Below, piece after piece: positions 1-13,400 of a stretch of 64,000 nt of DNA. The notes below the pieces were generated by a model. That model was given only the letters and a program-made list of their open reading frames with translations. It did not search any database and was not told the DNA's origin. Each line of letters opens with the position of its first letter. The first letter of the stretch is position 1. The stretch is from Podarcis muralis (taxonomy: Eukaryota), in NCBI RefSeq assembly GCF_964188315.1, contig NC_135661.1:87358001-87422000 (forward strand), read 5' to 3'. A program made the position numbers and the translations under genes.

Positions 1-350
1 CTGGACACAGAATGGACCTGCACCTCCATGGACAGCTGTGAGTCCAAAATGACTCCCAGGCTGCGCACCTGGTCCTTCAGGGGCACAGTTACCTCATTCA
101 GGACCAGGGAAAACTCCCCACCCACCCACCTCCTGCCCCCCAAAAACAGTATTTCTGTCTTGTCAGGATTCAACCTCAATCTGTTAGCTGCCATCCATCC
201 TCCAACCCCCTCCAGACACAAGCACAGAGGTGGAGCCTCTAAGTCCCTTTGGCTCTGCTCATCGTTGGATCCGGGCAACGCAGCGCTTGCTATAAGGCTG
301 CCTCATTTCCTGATAGTCTGACATTGTGTGTGTCTCTTTCTCTTTCCAAG

Positions 351-3300
351 AAAGCGGACGGCACCTGCAACACCAGCTTCAAGAAGACTCGCCAACCGGA
401 GCAGGTGACGCAGGCCTTCTGGGACTTTGTGGACGGAGACAGGAGAGTCCTGGTGAGGGTCCGGATTCTGCCCCAGGGCACTAAGCCCTTTGCAGGGAGG
501 GGGGCCCATTTGACACTTTCCATGCTTTTCCTTGACATGCCGCTTTTGAGATTTCCGTGGCCCCCTGCCCACTTTTGGTTTAGGTTTTTAAACCTTTTTG
601 TAAAAGCAGCACTAGAATTTTCACAGTTGAGTCTTCAGCCCCTTTGCCTTCTTCAAGTTTGGCTTTGTTTAAAACTTGCTATTTAGGTTTTCAAACCTTT
701 TTTGTAAATTCAGTATTAGAAACTGTATTTTTGAGTCTTCAATCCTTTATTACTGCAGTTTGCTTTACCTAAGTCGAGCTAGGATTATATAATACGTCAG
801 AATTTTGGGGGTTCTACCCTTGTTTGAATTTTGGTCCTTTAAAGTTTACGGTTTTTCTGTTTCCTTCTGAGGAAACTGAATAGTTCAGTGAAACGAGGTT
901 TGTAGCCGGCATCCCGTTAAGGCTTTGTTTTAGGGTTTTCTAATTTTTTTCCTTAAGCTTTTTGATTTTTTATTATTTAGTTGATTTCCACAAGGTAATA
1001 TTTCTAGTCGATTACTTCTCGTTTCAGGGATTTTCGCGGTATTTGTTTTGTGCACTTTGGGGAAAGGCAGCCCATCTCCTCCAGGGTATTCCTGGCACCT
1101 GCCCCAGTCGTGGCTCTGGGAAGGCCATAGAATTTGGGAAGGGACCGTCGTATATCCTCTCAGGTCTCTCCTTCTTCTTTCCCCAGACAAGCTACCTGGA
1201 GCGGCTGCAGGAAGTCAGGCGGGCGCTCGAACAGTCCGAGTTCTTCAAGACGCACGAGGTGGGTCTCTTTCCGTGGAACGAGGGGGGACTTCTGAGGGCA
1301 TCTGGTGGGTTGCTGTAGGGTCTGGGGCGCTTGGCTTTGGGGGCCCTGCCTCTCATTCCCCCCGCCACGCAGGAGCTCAGGGTGCTTTTTCATCTCGTTT
1401 TCGCTTTCCGTTTGCATGGTGCCTTTCTAAGGTAAAAGGCGGTTTGCAAGCTCAAGAAACTGCAGGATGCGCAAGGAAGATGGCACATCAATCTGATCCA
1501 ATGCCAACAAGCCTTAATCTAAAAGCAAAGGCTTAAATGGATCCCAATCCATTAGGACAGTACGCAATAAAATTAACTTTCAGGATCTGGATAGTTAGCC
1601 TGGGTGAAGTCTTGACGTTTTCATCCCCCCAAAAGTTTTTGGGTTTGTGCTGAAATTAGGCTGCATTTTAATGTTGTATTTTAATCTTGTTTTGTAAGTT
1701 GTATTTCAATCAATTGTTTTATATCTGGTTTAGCCGCCCTGAGCCCCGTTTTGGGGAGGGCGGGGTATTTTCCACACAACAACAAAAAAAGCAAAAAATA
1801 ACAATACAGAAAAACACAAAAACAAGCATATATTAAAAAAAATCTAAATCTTACAAATTAATAATATAAACACTAAAAAGGAAAACAAACATTGACTTCC
1901 ACCAATTCCACAGAACCTCCTTTACCTCTCATTGTATCTTCCTGTTTTCCTTTTTTTTTTAAATCATATTTATTGAAATTTCCAAAATACAAAAAGTAAA
2001 AATAAAACAAAAATAAAATACATTTGAAACCTTACTTTCAGTACCCACTTTCTGGGACTCCCCCATCCCCCTCCCTACCATATTCCCCTTTCATAACTTT
2101 GGTTCTACAAGCTCTCACTCCCAATTTAAAACTTAATTTGTTTGACCCAATATTCAAATTTAAATTATACAATCATCATCATTACCTTAAAAAAAATAAA
2201 AATAAAAGATTCTCTCCCCAAGGTCCACCCCAGTTTCCTTCCACGAATTCCCTTTTTTTTAAATAAAGACGCCCCCCAACAAAGTATAAAAAACTATATA
2301 AAGATATAAAAGATAAAAGGTATATAAAAAAAAATTCAAAAAGTAGTTACACAGCCTTTGGATTCTAAATCCCCCCCCCCCCTTCCCTGGTTTGAATTCC
2401 CCATGTCCATCAGTCTGTCTGTTTTCTGCCTGGAAATCTTAGATCCATAATCAGATTTTTCCCCAGTTCCACCTTGCCAGTTTTTTTTTTTAAGTTTATC
2501 TATTTTTATGGTGTTTAACTTCAAACATCCAATCCAAAAACGGCCCCAAAGGGCCTTTAGCTTCCTTGGTCTTTAAGGCTCCGCCCATTGTTCTTTCCAT
2601 GTCGTAGTCAGGTTTCTTGTCCTGTTCTGCTGCTAAGACGTTCTAGTTCGGAAATTTGGTACCTCTACAGGGGTTGTTGCTATTCAGGAACAAAAGCTTA
2701 CGTCCAGTCCCTTCCTTTCTTCAATAGAAAATTCTATTGTCTCCTTTAATGTAAACACCCCTGTAGACGAAATACTGTTTCAGTTTTGCAGCTTTCCCGG
2801 GAGATAACAAGTCCTGTACGATTCCAAGAGTATTTTTCCACTTACGACCGTTCTTGTAATGTCCCGAAACCCCTCTAGGGGGATTGTAGTAACTTTGTTT
2901 CCTCTGATCCGATTGTTGTTCCTTATTTTCGACATTTTGTATCCAAATCGTAACAAATTGTAACGAAATTAACTAGCAAAGTCCTCATAGCAGAGTCCTC
3001 TTTAAATTTTCCGACTTTGACAGCTACTTTGACAGCTGTCAAAGTCTCCGTCTCTTTTCACCAGGCTCTCTCACAAATCGCCCCGGTTCCCAGGGAGGGT
3101 TACGTTTTCCTTCTCACTCCACTCTTCTCCTCCAGCACAGTTCTTGTAATTTCCCATCGTGGAATTCTTAATTTTTGTCAGAAATACGCTTCTCTCTAGA
3201 CCTTGATTACCCAGTCCTTGTTTTAAAATGCTTACAGTAGGGAGGGGGACTGACTTCCTTTTTGGATCCCCCCCGCTCGTGCCAAATCCGAAAAAAAAAT

Positions 3301-5198
3301 TCCTTTCCCCCCCCCTCCTTTTAAACCCGGTTTCCGAATTACTCACGGGTTGTTGTTAAAAGTCCGAATTTTCAATGGAAGAAGTCAGCGCTCTCCGCCG
3401 GATGGCATGCGGCTTCGCTCGGCAGGGAAAGCAGAGGACTCACAGCACCACGCCACTCCCCGGCACCCGATCCGTAGCCTTTAAAAAGGCTCCTTCACGA
3501 GTCGGGAGGGCGCTAACGGTGCCAGCCGAGTCACCCATGTCCACGGGCTCCGTACCTGTGGTTTTTAAGGGTCCCCGCGTCGCCGGCACGGTAGGACCCA
3601 GCCCCTGCCGAGCAGACTCCCTCCGGAGCTCGGAGGGAGTCCGCCATTCGGCGATGGCGCCAACCCGGAAGTCCATATCTTCCTGTTTTCCTGATCATCT
3701 CTATCCTAACATCTAGATATAAATCCCTCTTTCTTATCCTTTCACTTCATAAGGTTATTCCAGCCAGATTTCTGTCCTCGAACCTTGACTTTTAAAGTAT
3801 TCATTTCGGCACTCCCATTCCTTTTTCACTTCACTTTTTGGTTTTCGTCTTATTGTATCTGTCAATTTGGCTAATTCTAAATATTCTGAAAACTTACATA
3901 ACCATTCTCCCCTAGTGGGTAACTGATTCCCTTATTTCATGAAATCTATGCACTACTTGATTGTACCCCTCAAAGTGGTACAAAGTGCAAAAAATTAAAA
4001 GCAATAAAAAAATAGCAAATCTTTTTTTTAAAAAACCCCAGAGTTACAATAAAAAAAAAGATTAAGACTCACACCAGCAATTTCTAAGCATCTGGGTAGA
4101 AGGGTTGGCCAATATCTGCTTTTCATCATCGCAATATCTTGCCAGCGAAACATTGCAATATACCAGTATGTCACAATAATGATGGTAGGCATAGCTGTCA
4201 AGTGTCCCTTATTTGGTGGGAAAGTCCCTTATCCCAGCGCCGTGTCCCGCTGCTATCCCTTATTGATGATGTCCCTTAAATTTCCCGGGTGGGGCCAGAG
4301 AAAGTGTCCTCTGATAAAGCGCTTCCAGAGGACACTTTCTCTGGCCCCACCCTAAGAACAAAGATCTCCCGGCAGAAGGGAAAGGGGTAAGGCAAGAAAT
4401 CCCAGCAGAGAACTGCAAGTATGTGTGTGGCATAGCTGTCAACCGTCCCTTATTTGGCGGGAAAGTCCCTTATCCCAGCACCGTGTCCCGCTGCTGTCCC
4501 TTATTGATGATGTCCCTTAAATTTCCCGGGTTTCAAAGGAAGCAGCTCCTCTCCCTCCCCCCCTGCCGGCCAGGGAGGAGGGAGGCTCCAACTGTGTTGC
4601 TTGGCTGCGTTGCTCACCCAATAAGGAGTCTATAAGAACGACTGGGGGGGTGGAGCTTGCCAATCAAATCGGCCGCGTTGCCAGGGGACTCGCCTTTGCT
4701 CAGCGCTTCCCAGCGGAGAGGTGATGGTGGTTTTCCTTGCTGCATCCCCTTTGCCGGGTTGCTGCGCTGTGGGAACCACTGCTTGAGGCTTTGTTTCGCT
4801 GCTGGCTGGGCTTTCTGCCTTTGGCTGGGAGGGGCTCAGAAGTTGAACATACCTGTGCTTGGAAAATCCCTTATTTTGGCTGCTGATCCCTTATTTTTAA
4901 ATCTGTAAGTTGACAGCTACGATGTTAGGCTTGCCGAAGCAAGGGTGCTTTTAGCACACTCATTCATGTTCTCTTTTTCCTTTCTCTCTCCAAGGTGGTG
5001 GGCAGCTCTCTTCTCTTCATCCACGACCAGACGGGTCTGGCACGGGTGTGGATGATCGACTTTGGCAAGACTGTGCCGCTGCCCGAGAAGCAGACTCTGA
5101 CTCACCGCCTGCCCTGGCAGGAAGGCAACCGCGAGGACGGCTACCTCTGGGGCCTGGACAACCTCATCGCCATCTTGGAGCGGATGTTGGGGGAGTGA
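351..5198 (+). CDS. ITPKC: Inositol-trisphosphate 3-kinase C, last three coding exons (351-452, 1187-1258, 4995-5198); gene starts upstream of window
   Basis: Each exon has AG/GT boundaries and phase 0. They join to [125 protein letters not shown]. This has the IP3K SSLL and MIDFG motifs. Paralog C is assigned from sequence and from the neighbouring genes. Confidence 0.93.
1770..3700 (-). mobile_element. Cluster of decayed L1 pieces (5' UTR, ORF1-like region and poly-A tails) in the last ITPKC intron
   Basis: Minus strand begins GGACTTCCGGGTTGGCGCCATC (3676 downward), is CpG-rich then A-rich, and has poly-T runs on the plus strand at about 1950 and 2480. Confidence 0.55.
4190..4921. mobile_element. 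Composite non-autonomous hAT-like element with two left ends (4190 and 4431)
   Basis: TIR CATAGCTGTCAA...TTGACAGCTACG; 8-bp flanks ATGGTAGG/ATGTTAGG (1 mismatch); repeated subterminal CCCTTAT motifs. Confidence 0.75.
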
Positions 5199-8100
5199 GC
5201 CAGGAAGATGCAGCCGACACGTCGAGACGGGGGGCCGCCTTGGCTCCCCCGGGACTCTGCCGTTTAATTTATTCAGCCAGATATGCTACTGGAACCAGGG
5301 GGATACAGGGCCTGGGGCAGAACTGGAAGAGCCCCAGGGGCCTTTTGGATGGGGCCAGCTGGTTTTTGCACCGCTAAGTTTATTTATTGGCGTGACGGAC
5401 ATGGTGGGAACCCCCCCCCCGACTGCTGTCCTGCACATGGTGGACAGTAAAGACAGAGCTCACTAGGGGCATTGGGACTGAGTTTGGGGACGTGGGATTA
5501 TTGGGGTGCCCGGTTTAGGGTCAAGACTTTGAACCACAGTGCTGGCAGTGCCCATTTCCCAAATGTCGGGAGAGACTAGAAAGCGGGGTGGGTGGGTGTT
5601 TGGAGGCGGGGCTTGCCTCTGCTCCTCCCCCAAATAAGCCCCACCCACACCTGAGCCACAGCCTGGAGGCGTCGGTCAAGCGAAATACTTGCGTTTCTCT
5701 TCAGGGTTTGGGGAGTAAAGAGAAACTTGTGTCTTCCCTCTGCTTTGACCGTTAACTTTCCTGGCGCCCAGATAACTGCCTTGGCAAACAGGAGCAGTTT
5801 GTTGCTTTCACAACCTGATGTACCAAAGGGCTTGGGGGAGAACACCTTCCCCAATCGCTGCAGAAATGAATGGTGGAGTTCCACTGCCCTCCAAATTGCT
5901 TTGGCAGGGCCAGGCTGCCTATTTTTGGGGTGCTGAATTTGGGTTAGCAGAAACCAGCGGATAGGATCTCCCTGGGGGTGTGTGGTTTTTTTTTTTATGG
6001 TGTTTGGGAGGGGATTGTGGCTGTCCTTCGTCCCGCCAGAGAAGGGAGCCGCTCCTCTGTATTTGAATGTATGTGTTTCTGTAAATTTTTATATGTAAAA
6101 AAGTTTTTTTTTTTTTTAAGGGACATAAAGAACTACAAGTGATGTGCTGTTGCGTCTTAGCTTTATTTCAAGGTTGCATAATGAGAGAATGAATGAATCT
6201 TCAGAAGATTGTGGCTTAGCCTTTACCAAAGTGTTGATTGGTTAGGGGTGTTAATGGAGAAATCTGAGGGCTCCCTCAGGACTACCAGAGCAAAACAGCA
6301 GCCAGTAGGATTGGTCTTGATTGAAGACTGTCGCGACAGGACTCCCACCTGCCGCCAGGTGAAACAAGATGGAAGCCCTGAACAAAAGAAGACCCCAACT
6401 TTTATTAGCTGCTAATCTCCCATGCTACACCCCCAAGACTACATCACAAAGAGGAGGGGTTGAGGGAGGAGTTGTGGTGGTAACCTGAGTGTCTTGTCAC
6501 CTGTTCCACCTTTCCCCCTCCCCATGAGTACTTTCCAGTGGCCAAAAGGGAGTTTGCAGTTTCCTGCCCCCAGAGGGAAGAGCTGATCACTGTCCTTTGT
6601 TTCAGTCCCTGCTGAATCCACTCCCATATGCAAGTTCTTTGTGAGTGTGGTGGTCTTCTGTCTGGGACCATCAAGGTTGGCATGCCAACTGGGCAGGGCT
6701 CATGTGTATGTGCTGGTATGCTCAAGGCACTATGGCTGCCCTGTATCAAACTTTCCCCATGTTGTAGTCCTTTCTTCATGGAGTAAGATAAAAGTGGAAC
6801 GGTGCAGATCCGATGTATGGTTGATTTTCTATGAATTTATAACAGAAGTGTCGCGTATGTCGTGTGTAAGTTTGTACAAACTGAATGATTGGGGGGGGGG
6901 GGGTTTCCTGCAACAGGGGGGACCAGATTCCTCCCTCCCCAGCCCATGGTGAAAGAAGGCCACCTGTCCCCATGTACCTCTCAGAACCACAGAATTAGAA
7001 GGGGCCCAAAGAGGTCATCCAGCCCAACCCCGTTTGCTTGGGCTCCTGGTCCCCTAGTTTTTCATCTGCACGTGCACAGATGACAGTGGGGCTTTACAGG
7101 CTGTGTCCCACAGAGAAGAGGGCTAGAAGACTGCCCAGCAGAGATGGAGAGGCATGGCAGACAAGACCCCCAGCCCAATTTCCATGAGGATTTACAAGCC
7201 TTTTCCCAAATCCTGCCCAGCGTGACAGCCTTCGTGACAGAGATCTATTTGTGAGGGTTCAAGGGTCCCAGCAGGGAGGGACCGGAGGACGACTGTCACC
7301 CTGGAAATCCTAGCCTGCGTGCAACAAGGAAAGAGGAGCTATTTTGGGAGCAGGACACAAAGACTGCTCCATTTCCCGTTGCCACAACCAGAGACCCTCC
7401 CCAGGAAGGGTGTGGAGCAGGAGAGGGAGAGATGGAAATAGCATTGGGAGGGGGGGCAGGCTGTGGTTTATGTCAAAGCGGGTGCAGAATGCTGCAGCAA
7501 GGCTCCTCACGGGGTCCCTGCCATGGGGGCATATTCACCCAATGCTCTACCAGTTGCACTGGCTGCCGGTGGAGTACAGGCTCAGATTGAAGGTGCTGGG
7601 TTTGACCTTTAAAGCCCTTCACGGCCTAGGACCCTCGCACCTATGGGACCGCCTTTTTCCTTTCTCCTCCTGCAATGAGGCTACATTTTAATATTTCAAT
7701 ATTTTAATGTATTTTAATTTTGTTTTTAAGTTGTATTCATTCAACTTGTTTTTATTATTGCTTGTTAGCCGCCCTGAGCCTGGCCTTAGCTGGGGAGGGC
7801 GGGGTATAAATAAAAATTATTATTATTATCATCATTATTAAAGGACCCCATGGACCCCGAACGCTGCTCCTTCCAGGCCCCAAAGCCCAGCAGTCTCCTT
7901 GGAGTGGTTCCACCCACAAAAACAGGAACCCCTCCGCACCTCGGGGCAAATCCTTTCACGCAGAGATCTCTCAAGGCACAAAACTACCACTCCTTTGCCG
8001 TTTCCTCTCTTTTAATTTTTGAAAGTGCTTTCCAACAACCTCCATCTTCTGTACTTGGAACAGGCATGCAGCCGTGGGGAGCAGGGAACCATTTGCAGAG

Positions 8101-8798
8101 GTGGGGAAACTGAGGCCGAGAGGGGTGACTCACCCAAGGCCAGACACACACTCCCTAGCAGAGGCAGAACTGGACCGGACCCGACATTTCTTCCCCTTCT
8201 CTCTGTTGGACGCACACTCCCGCAAAATCACAGCTTTAGCAATGCATCTCAATGCAGAAGGCACTCCCGGAGGGCAAATTTATCTCTCCGTTTCCCCAAT
8301 TAGCTTATTCTATTGTGTTCTTTTTTTAAAAAAATGCACGCATGGTTATTATTGGCATTGGACTGGCTTGGCTCCAAAAGGAAAGGAAATTCCAGGCATT
8401 ATTTTATTTTTTGTCCTTGAAAGCTCGCTATTCTGGGAAGGCAGCAGTGAAGAGATGGCCTCTTGCTTTTCCTGACTGCCCCAGAGGACTCAGTCAAGCC
8501 GGCCTCCCCTGAGGGCCCACCTGGACAGCTCTGGACAGCTCGGCCCATTGCGAGAAGTGAGGTGACAGGGAACCAGGCAGAGGGCCTTCTTGGTAGTGGC
8601 ACCCGCCCTGTGGAACGCCCTCCCACCAGATGTCAAAGGGAACAACAACTACCAGATTTTTAGAAGACATCTGAAGGCAGCCCTGTTTAGGGAAAGTTTT
8701 AAATATTTAATGCTGTACTGTTTTTAACATTTGATTGGGAGCCGCCCAGAGTGGCTGGGGAAACTCAGCCAGATGGGCGGGGTATAAATAATAAATTA

Positions 8799-9041
8799 CA
8801 GTGGTACCTCGGGTTACATACGCTTCAGGTTATATACGCTTCAGGTTACAGACTCCGCTAACCCAGAAATAGTACCTCGGGTTAAGAACTTTGCTTCAGG
8901 ATGAGAACAGAAATCGTGCTCCGGCGGTGCAGCGGCAGCAGGAAGGCCCCATTAGCTAAAGTGGTGCTTCAGGTTAAGAACAATTTCAGGTTAAGTACGG
9001 ACCTCCGGAACGAATTAAGTACTTAACCCGAGGTACCACTG
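8799..9041. mobile_element. Tc1/mariner (Tigger-like) MITE
   Basis: TA|CAGTGGTACCTCGGGTTA...TAACCCGAGGTACCACTG|TA: inverted termini with TA TSD. Confidence 0.9.
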
Positions 9042-9042
9042 T

Positions 9043-9081
<39 letters not shown>

Positions 9082-9748
9082 TATTAATTTATTATGATGT
9101 GGGATTTGGTGTTCTTGGTTCTGTAGCAGAGAAGACCAAGTCCTCCTGGGCAGAAAAGAGCTGGCTGGAGTGCCTTTCTCCAAGAGAGTCTACCACACTC
9201 CCACGAACGCCAGACAGGACCTTTTGGTATTCCAAAAAACGGGGGGCTGGGTCACTCTTTAACCTGAGATGCGACACCTTGGGGAGTATGCAAGAGCCCA
9301 AGCTGACCAACTCACTGTTCTGTGTGCAGCAGCTACGAGGAGGGCAGGCGGCCCCAGGGACCCATGCAGAGGTGCAATGGGCTGCCTCTTTCGTGGGCTC
9401 TCACAACAGCAACCTGGTCAGCCTGGCCCACAGGCAGGGAATGAGGAGGTGGCCTCCTGGTTTTCAACTTCTCCTCCAGAAGCCAAGGGGCTTGCCAGCT
9501 TTAGGTGACAGTCGGAGTGAGTTGCTGGGGTGTTCATGTACAGGGGCAAGAAGAAGAAATAAACTCTGAGCTTGCAGCTGGGTAGAAGTCCAGGCAGTGG
9601 GGCATAGTGGTTTGAGTGTCAGGGTAGGACCTGGGAGGCCAGCGTTCAAAAAACCCCTCGGCCATGAGGGGTGGTTGTGAGGATAAAATGGGAAGGAAGC
9701 AAACGATGCAGGACACCTTGAATTTCTAAAAAGTAAAAAGCTGGGGTA

Positions 9749-10099
9749 AAGGTAAAGGGACCCTTGACCATTAGGTCCAGTCATGGCCGACTCTGGGGTT
9801 GCGGCGCTCATCTCGCTTTATTGGCCAAGGGAGCCGGCGTACAGCTTCCGGGTCATGTGGCCAGCAGGACTAAGCCGCTTCTGGCGAACCAGAGCAGCAC
9901 ACGGAAACGTCATTTACCTTCCCGCTGGAGTGGTACCTATTTATCTACTTGCACTTTGACGTGCTTTCGAACTGCTGGGTTGGCAGGAGCAGGGACCGAG
10001 CAATGGGAGCTCACCCCGTCGCGGGGATTCGAACCGCCAACCTTCTGATCGGCAAGTCCTAGGCTCTGTGGTTTAACCCACAGCGCCACCCTCGTCCCA
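9749..10099 (-). mobile_element. Sauria SINE, full length
   Basis: tRNA-like head GGGACGAGGGTGGCGCTGTGG...GTTCGAATCC and an (ACCTTT)n tail; TSD AAAAAGCTGGGGTA at 9735-9748 and 10100-10113. Confidence 0.9.
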
Positions 10100-10495
10100 A
10101 AAAAGCTGGGGTATGAATGCAATAAAAACACGGCCTGTTCCTGTTTCTTTCCTGGGCAGCTCAGCTGGCACAGGAGAGCTACCCGTCGATGGATGGGGTC
10201 TCTCACCCGAGACAAGTCCATTTCACAGAATTTCAGTTGGAAAGGGACCCAAGGGTCATCTAGTCCAACCCCCTGCAATGGGGGCGCTCCTAAGGCACAA
10301 AGGCATGAGCCCTCCCCATGTCTGACCCCTGCAGCTGGGACTCGGGGGTATACTGCGCCTGCACAAAGAGGCTCCACAGCTATCGTGCCCAATGGCTGTT
10401 GCTAAAGCTCCCATCTGCATCCACAACTTATTATGGCTCCTGGTCCGTTTGGTTCTGGTCGGAGCTTTGGAAAGCAGTTCCTTCTTCTGGCCAGC

Positions 10496-13400
10496 TCAGC
10501 GTGGCCGGTAGCCCTTTGGCCCAGCTGGCCGCAGAAGCACAGCCTTCCCACAAAGGCCCTCGTGCACCCCCCCAGCTGGCACAATGTAGACCTTTCCGTC
10601 GGCTGCCCGCTTGGGGCTGAAGTCCGTCAGCTGCCCGTTGCTGGCCTCCACCTGGGAGTAGCTCCAGAGCTGGTAGCGGCCGCTCTTGCCCTGCTTGGAC
10701 AGCAAATACGTCTCTGCTGCGGAAGAGTCCAGCGAGAGGGTCGAGGCCACGGCTGGGCTGGCATGGAAGAGGCCCCGGATCTCCTCGTCCTCCTGGCAGG
10801 CGGCCAGCTGGACACTGTCCTCCAGACCCAGCAGAGCTCCTGGGTAGAAGGAGGGAAAAGAGAGAAGTCTATGAAGGTGACCTGGGTGCGATTGCTGGAC
10901 AGCCCTGGTCCTGAACTGGCAGCCTTTGGCTCGCAGGAAACCCACTGAGCTCGCACTTGGGTCTGTTTTGCACTCAAAGTATGGCCAAGGGGTGCCAAAA
11001 TCCCAAGGGAGCAGAAAAGACTTGTGACCACAGCTGCTTGGATGCTATTGGCCCAGAGATGGAAAGAAGTCCGTACCAGAAAAGAATGGCAGATTAAGTT
11101 GATGGATTATGCCAAAATGGCAAAAATGACCAGAAGAATCAGAAATCAGGAAGACCAAAATTTTAATAAGGAGATTTATAATTTATCTTAAAAACCATTG
11201 TAAACAGCTAAAATCGTTAGTAGGATTGGTTTAGCACTTGTAGTTTAATGTTGAATTTTGGACATAATGGAGATGTAAAGGATCTGGATTATCATAAAAG
11301 ACCCACAAAGTCCAGGAGATTCTTTGGAATCCTGTTTTTATGTTGTATGTTGGATACTTGACTGTAAAGCTTCAATCTGAAAAACCAAATAAATTAGGTA
11401 ATAATATTGTGGTTATGGTTTGATAGATAGATGACAGCGCACAGCAGAAGGGGAGAAACCACAGCTCCATGGAAAAAGGGGTGGGAAGTCAACAACAAAA
11501 AGAGAAAAGATGTCTGTGTTTTGACTGTATACGAAAAAACTGTTGAAAATTATAAATGCAAAAAAAGAATCCTGTGCTTTAAGCATTTGCTTCAAAGCTA
11601 GGGCAGAATAAGTGTCCCGAGCAGGGGATGGTTTGAGAGGTTGCAGGAGAAAGTTGTTGGTGCAGATTGGGGAGTGATATGCCCTGGAACTGAGCTTTGA
11701 GCAACTGAGTGCAAGAAGTGGCCTGGGAAGAGCCCAAGGCCCACAGCACCAGCCTGGGCACTGCTGCCCCCTCCTGGGCAGTGCCCTGCCTTGCCAGCAG
11801 AGCCATTTCTCTCCTCTGGAGCCTCGGAGGTGAGGGAGCAGCCAGGCACCGGCCGGCTCCTTGCGAGGAGAGTTGCAGTGAACTGGGGAACATACCTGAG
11901 GCAATGGCCCAGTGAGCCTTGTAGCCGCTCCGGAGGCAGGGCTCGTGGTTGGAGTCTTCGTCGTAGCTGCGCTGGGTGTTAAGGTCTTGGTGAAGAGAGT
12001 CTTGCTCACATGGGCAGAGCGGAGGGCAAGCTGTCTCACCAAAGAAGCCTGGAAGAGGGCCTGGCAGGAGTGCGGCCCCTGGGGCAAGGCAGACCCAGTC
12101 TTGGACCAGCTCATTTGAGCTTGTTTTCTGCTGCCACACTCTAGTGTCCAGATCAGGGATCAGCAAACTTTTTCAGCAGGGGGCTGGTCTACTGTCCCTC
12201 AGACCTTGTGGGGGGCCAGACTATATTTTTTTGGGGGGAAATGAATGAATTCCTATGCCCCACAAATAACCCAGAGGTGCATTTTAAAGAAAAGGACACA
12301 TTCTACCCATGTAAAAACACGCTGATTCCCAGACTGTCTGTGGGCCAGATTTAGAATGCGATGGGGCCGGATCCGGCCCCCGGGCCTTAGTTTACCTACC
12401 CATGGTCCAGATCAAGTCAAGGGAAGTCATAGTCCTGCTCTCTTCTGCCTTGTCCAGATCCCACCTGGAGTCCCGTGTCCAATTCTGGACACCAGTTTAA
12501 GGAGGTGATTGACAAGGCTGGAAAGTGGGGAGATTAGGGCGACTGAGATGATTTAAGAGTCTGGAAGCCAAGCATTATGAGGGGCGCTTGAAGGAGCTGG
12601 GTATGTTTAGCCTAGAGAAGAGGAGATTGAGAGGAGATATGTGAGCCATCTTCAGATATCTCAAGGGCTGTCACATGCAGGAGGGAGCAAGCTCGTTTTC
12701 TCCCGCTCTGGAGGGTAGGACTTGAACCAATGGCTTCAAGTTACAAGAAAGGAGATTCCAACTAAACATCAGGAAGAGCTTTCTGACAGGAAGAGCTGTT
12801 TGGATGGATGGCAGCTAATGGATTGAGGTTGAATAATGACAAGACAGAAGTACTGTTTTGGGGGGACAGGGGGCGGGCTGGTGTGGGGGACTCCCTGGTC
12901 CTGAATGGGGTAACTGTGCCCCTGAAGCACCAGGTGCGCAGCCTGAGTCATTTTGGACTCACAGCTGTCCATGGAGGCGCAGGGCAATTCTGTGCCCAGG
13001 GCAGCTGTCTACCAGCTCCATCTGGTACGCAGGCTGAGACCCTCCCTGCACGCAGACTGTCTCACCAGAGTGGTGCATGCTCTGGTTATCTCCCGCTTCA
13101 ACTACTGCAATGTGCTCTACGTGGGGCTACCTTTGAAGGTGACCTGGAAATTACAACTAATCCAGAATGCGGCAGCCAGACTGGTAACGGCCACTGAGAC
13201 CACATAACACCTGTCTTGTAAGACCTACATTGGCTCCCAGTACGTTTCCAAGCACAATTCAAAGTGTTGGTGTTGACCTCTAAAGCCCTAAACGGCCTCG
13301 GTCCTGTATACCTGAATGAGCGTCTCCACCCCCATCATTCTGCCAGGACACTGAGGTCCGACTCCAAGGGCCTTCTGGCGGTTCCCTCATTGCGAGAAGC

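Noticed and set aside
10120-10125. AATAAA as the ACTMAP polyA signal
   Set aside because: It is on the plus strand, and ACTMAP is transcribed from the minus strand.
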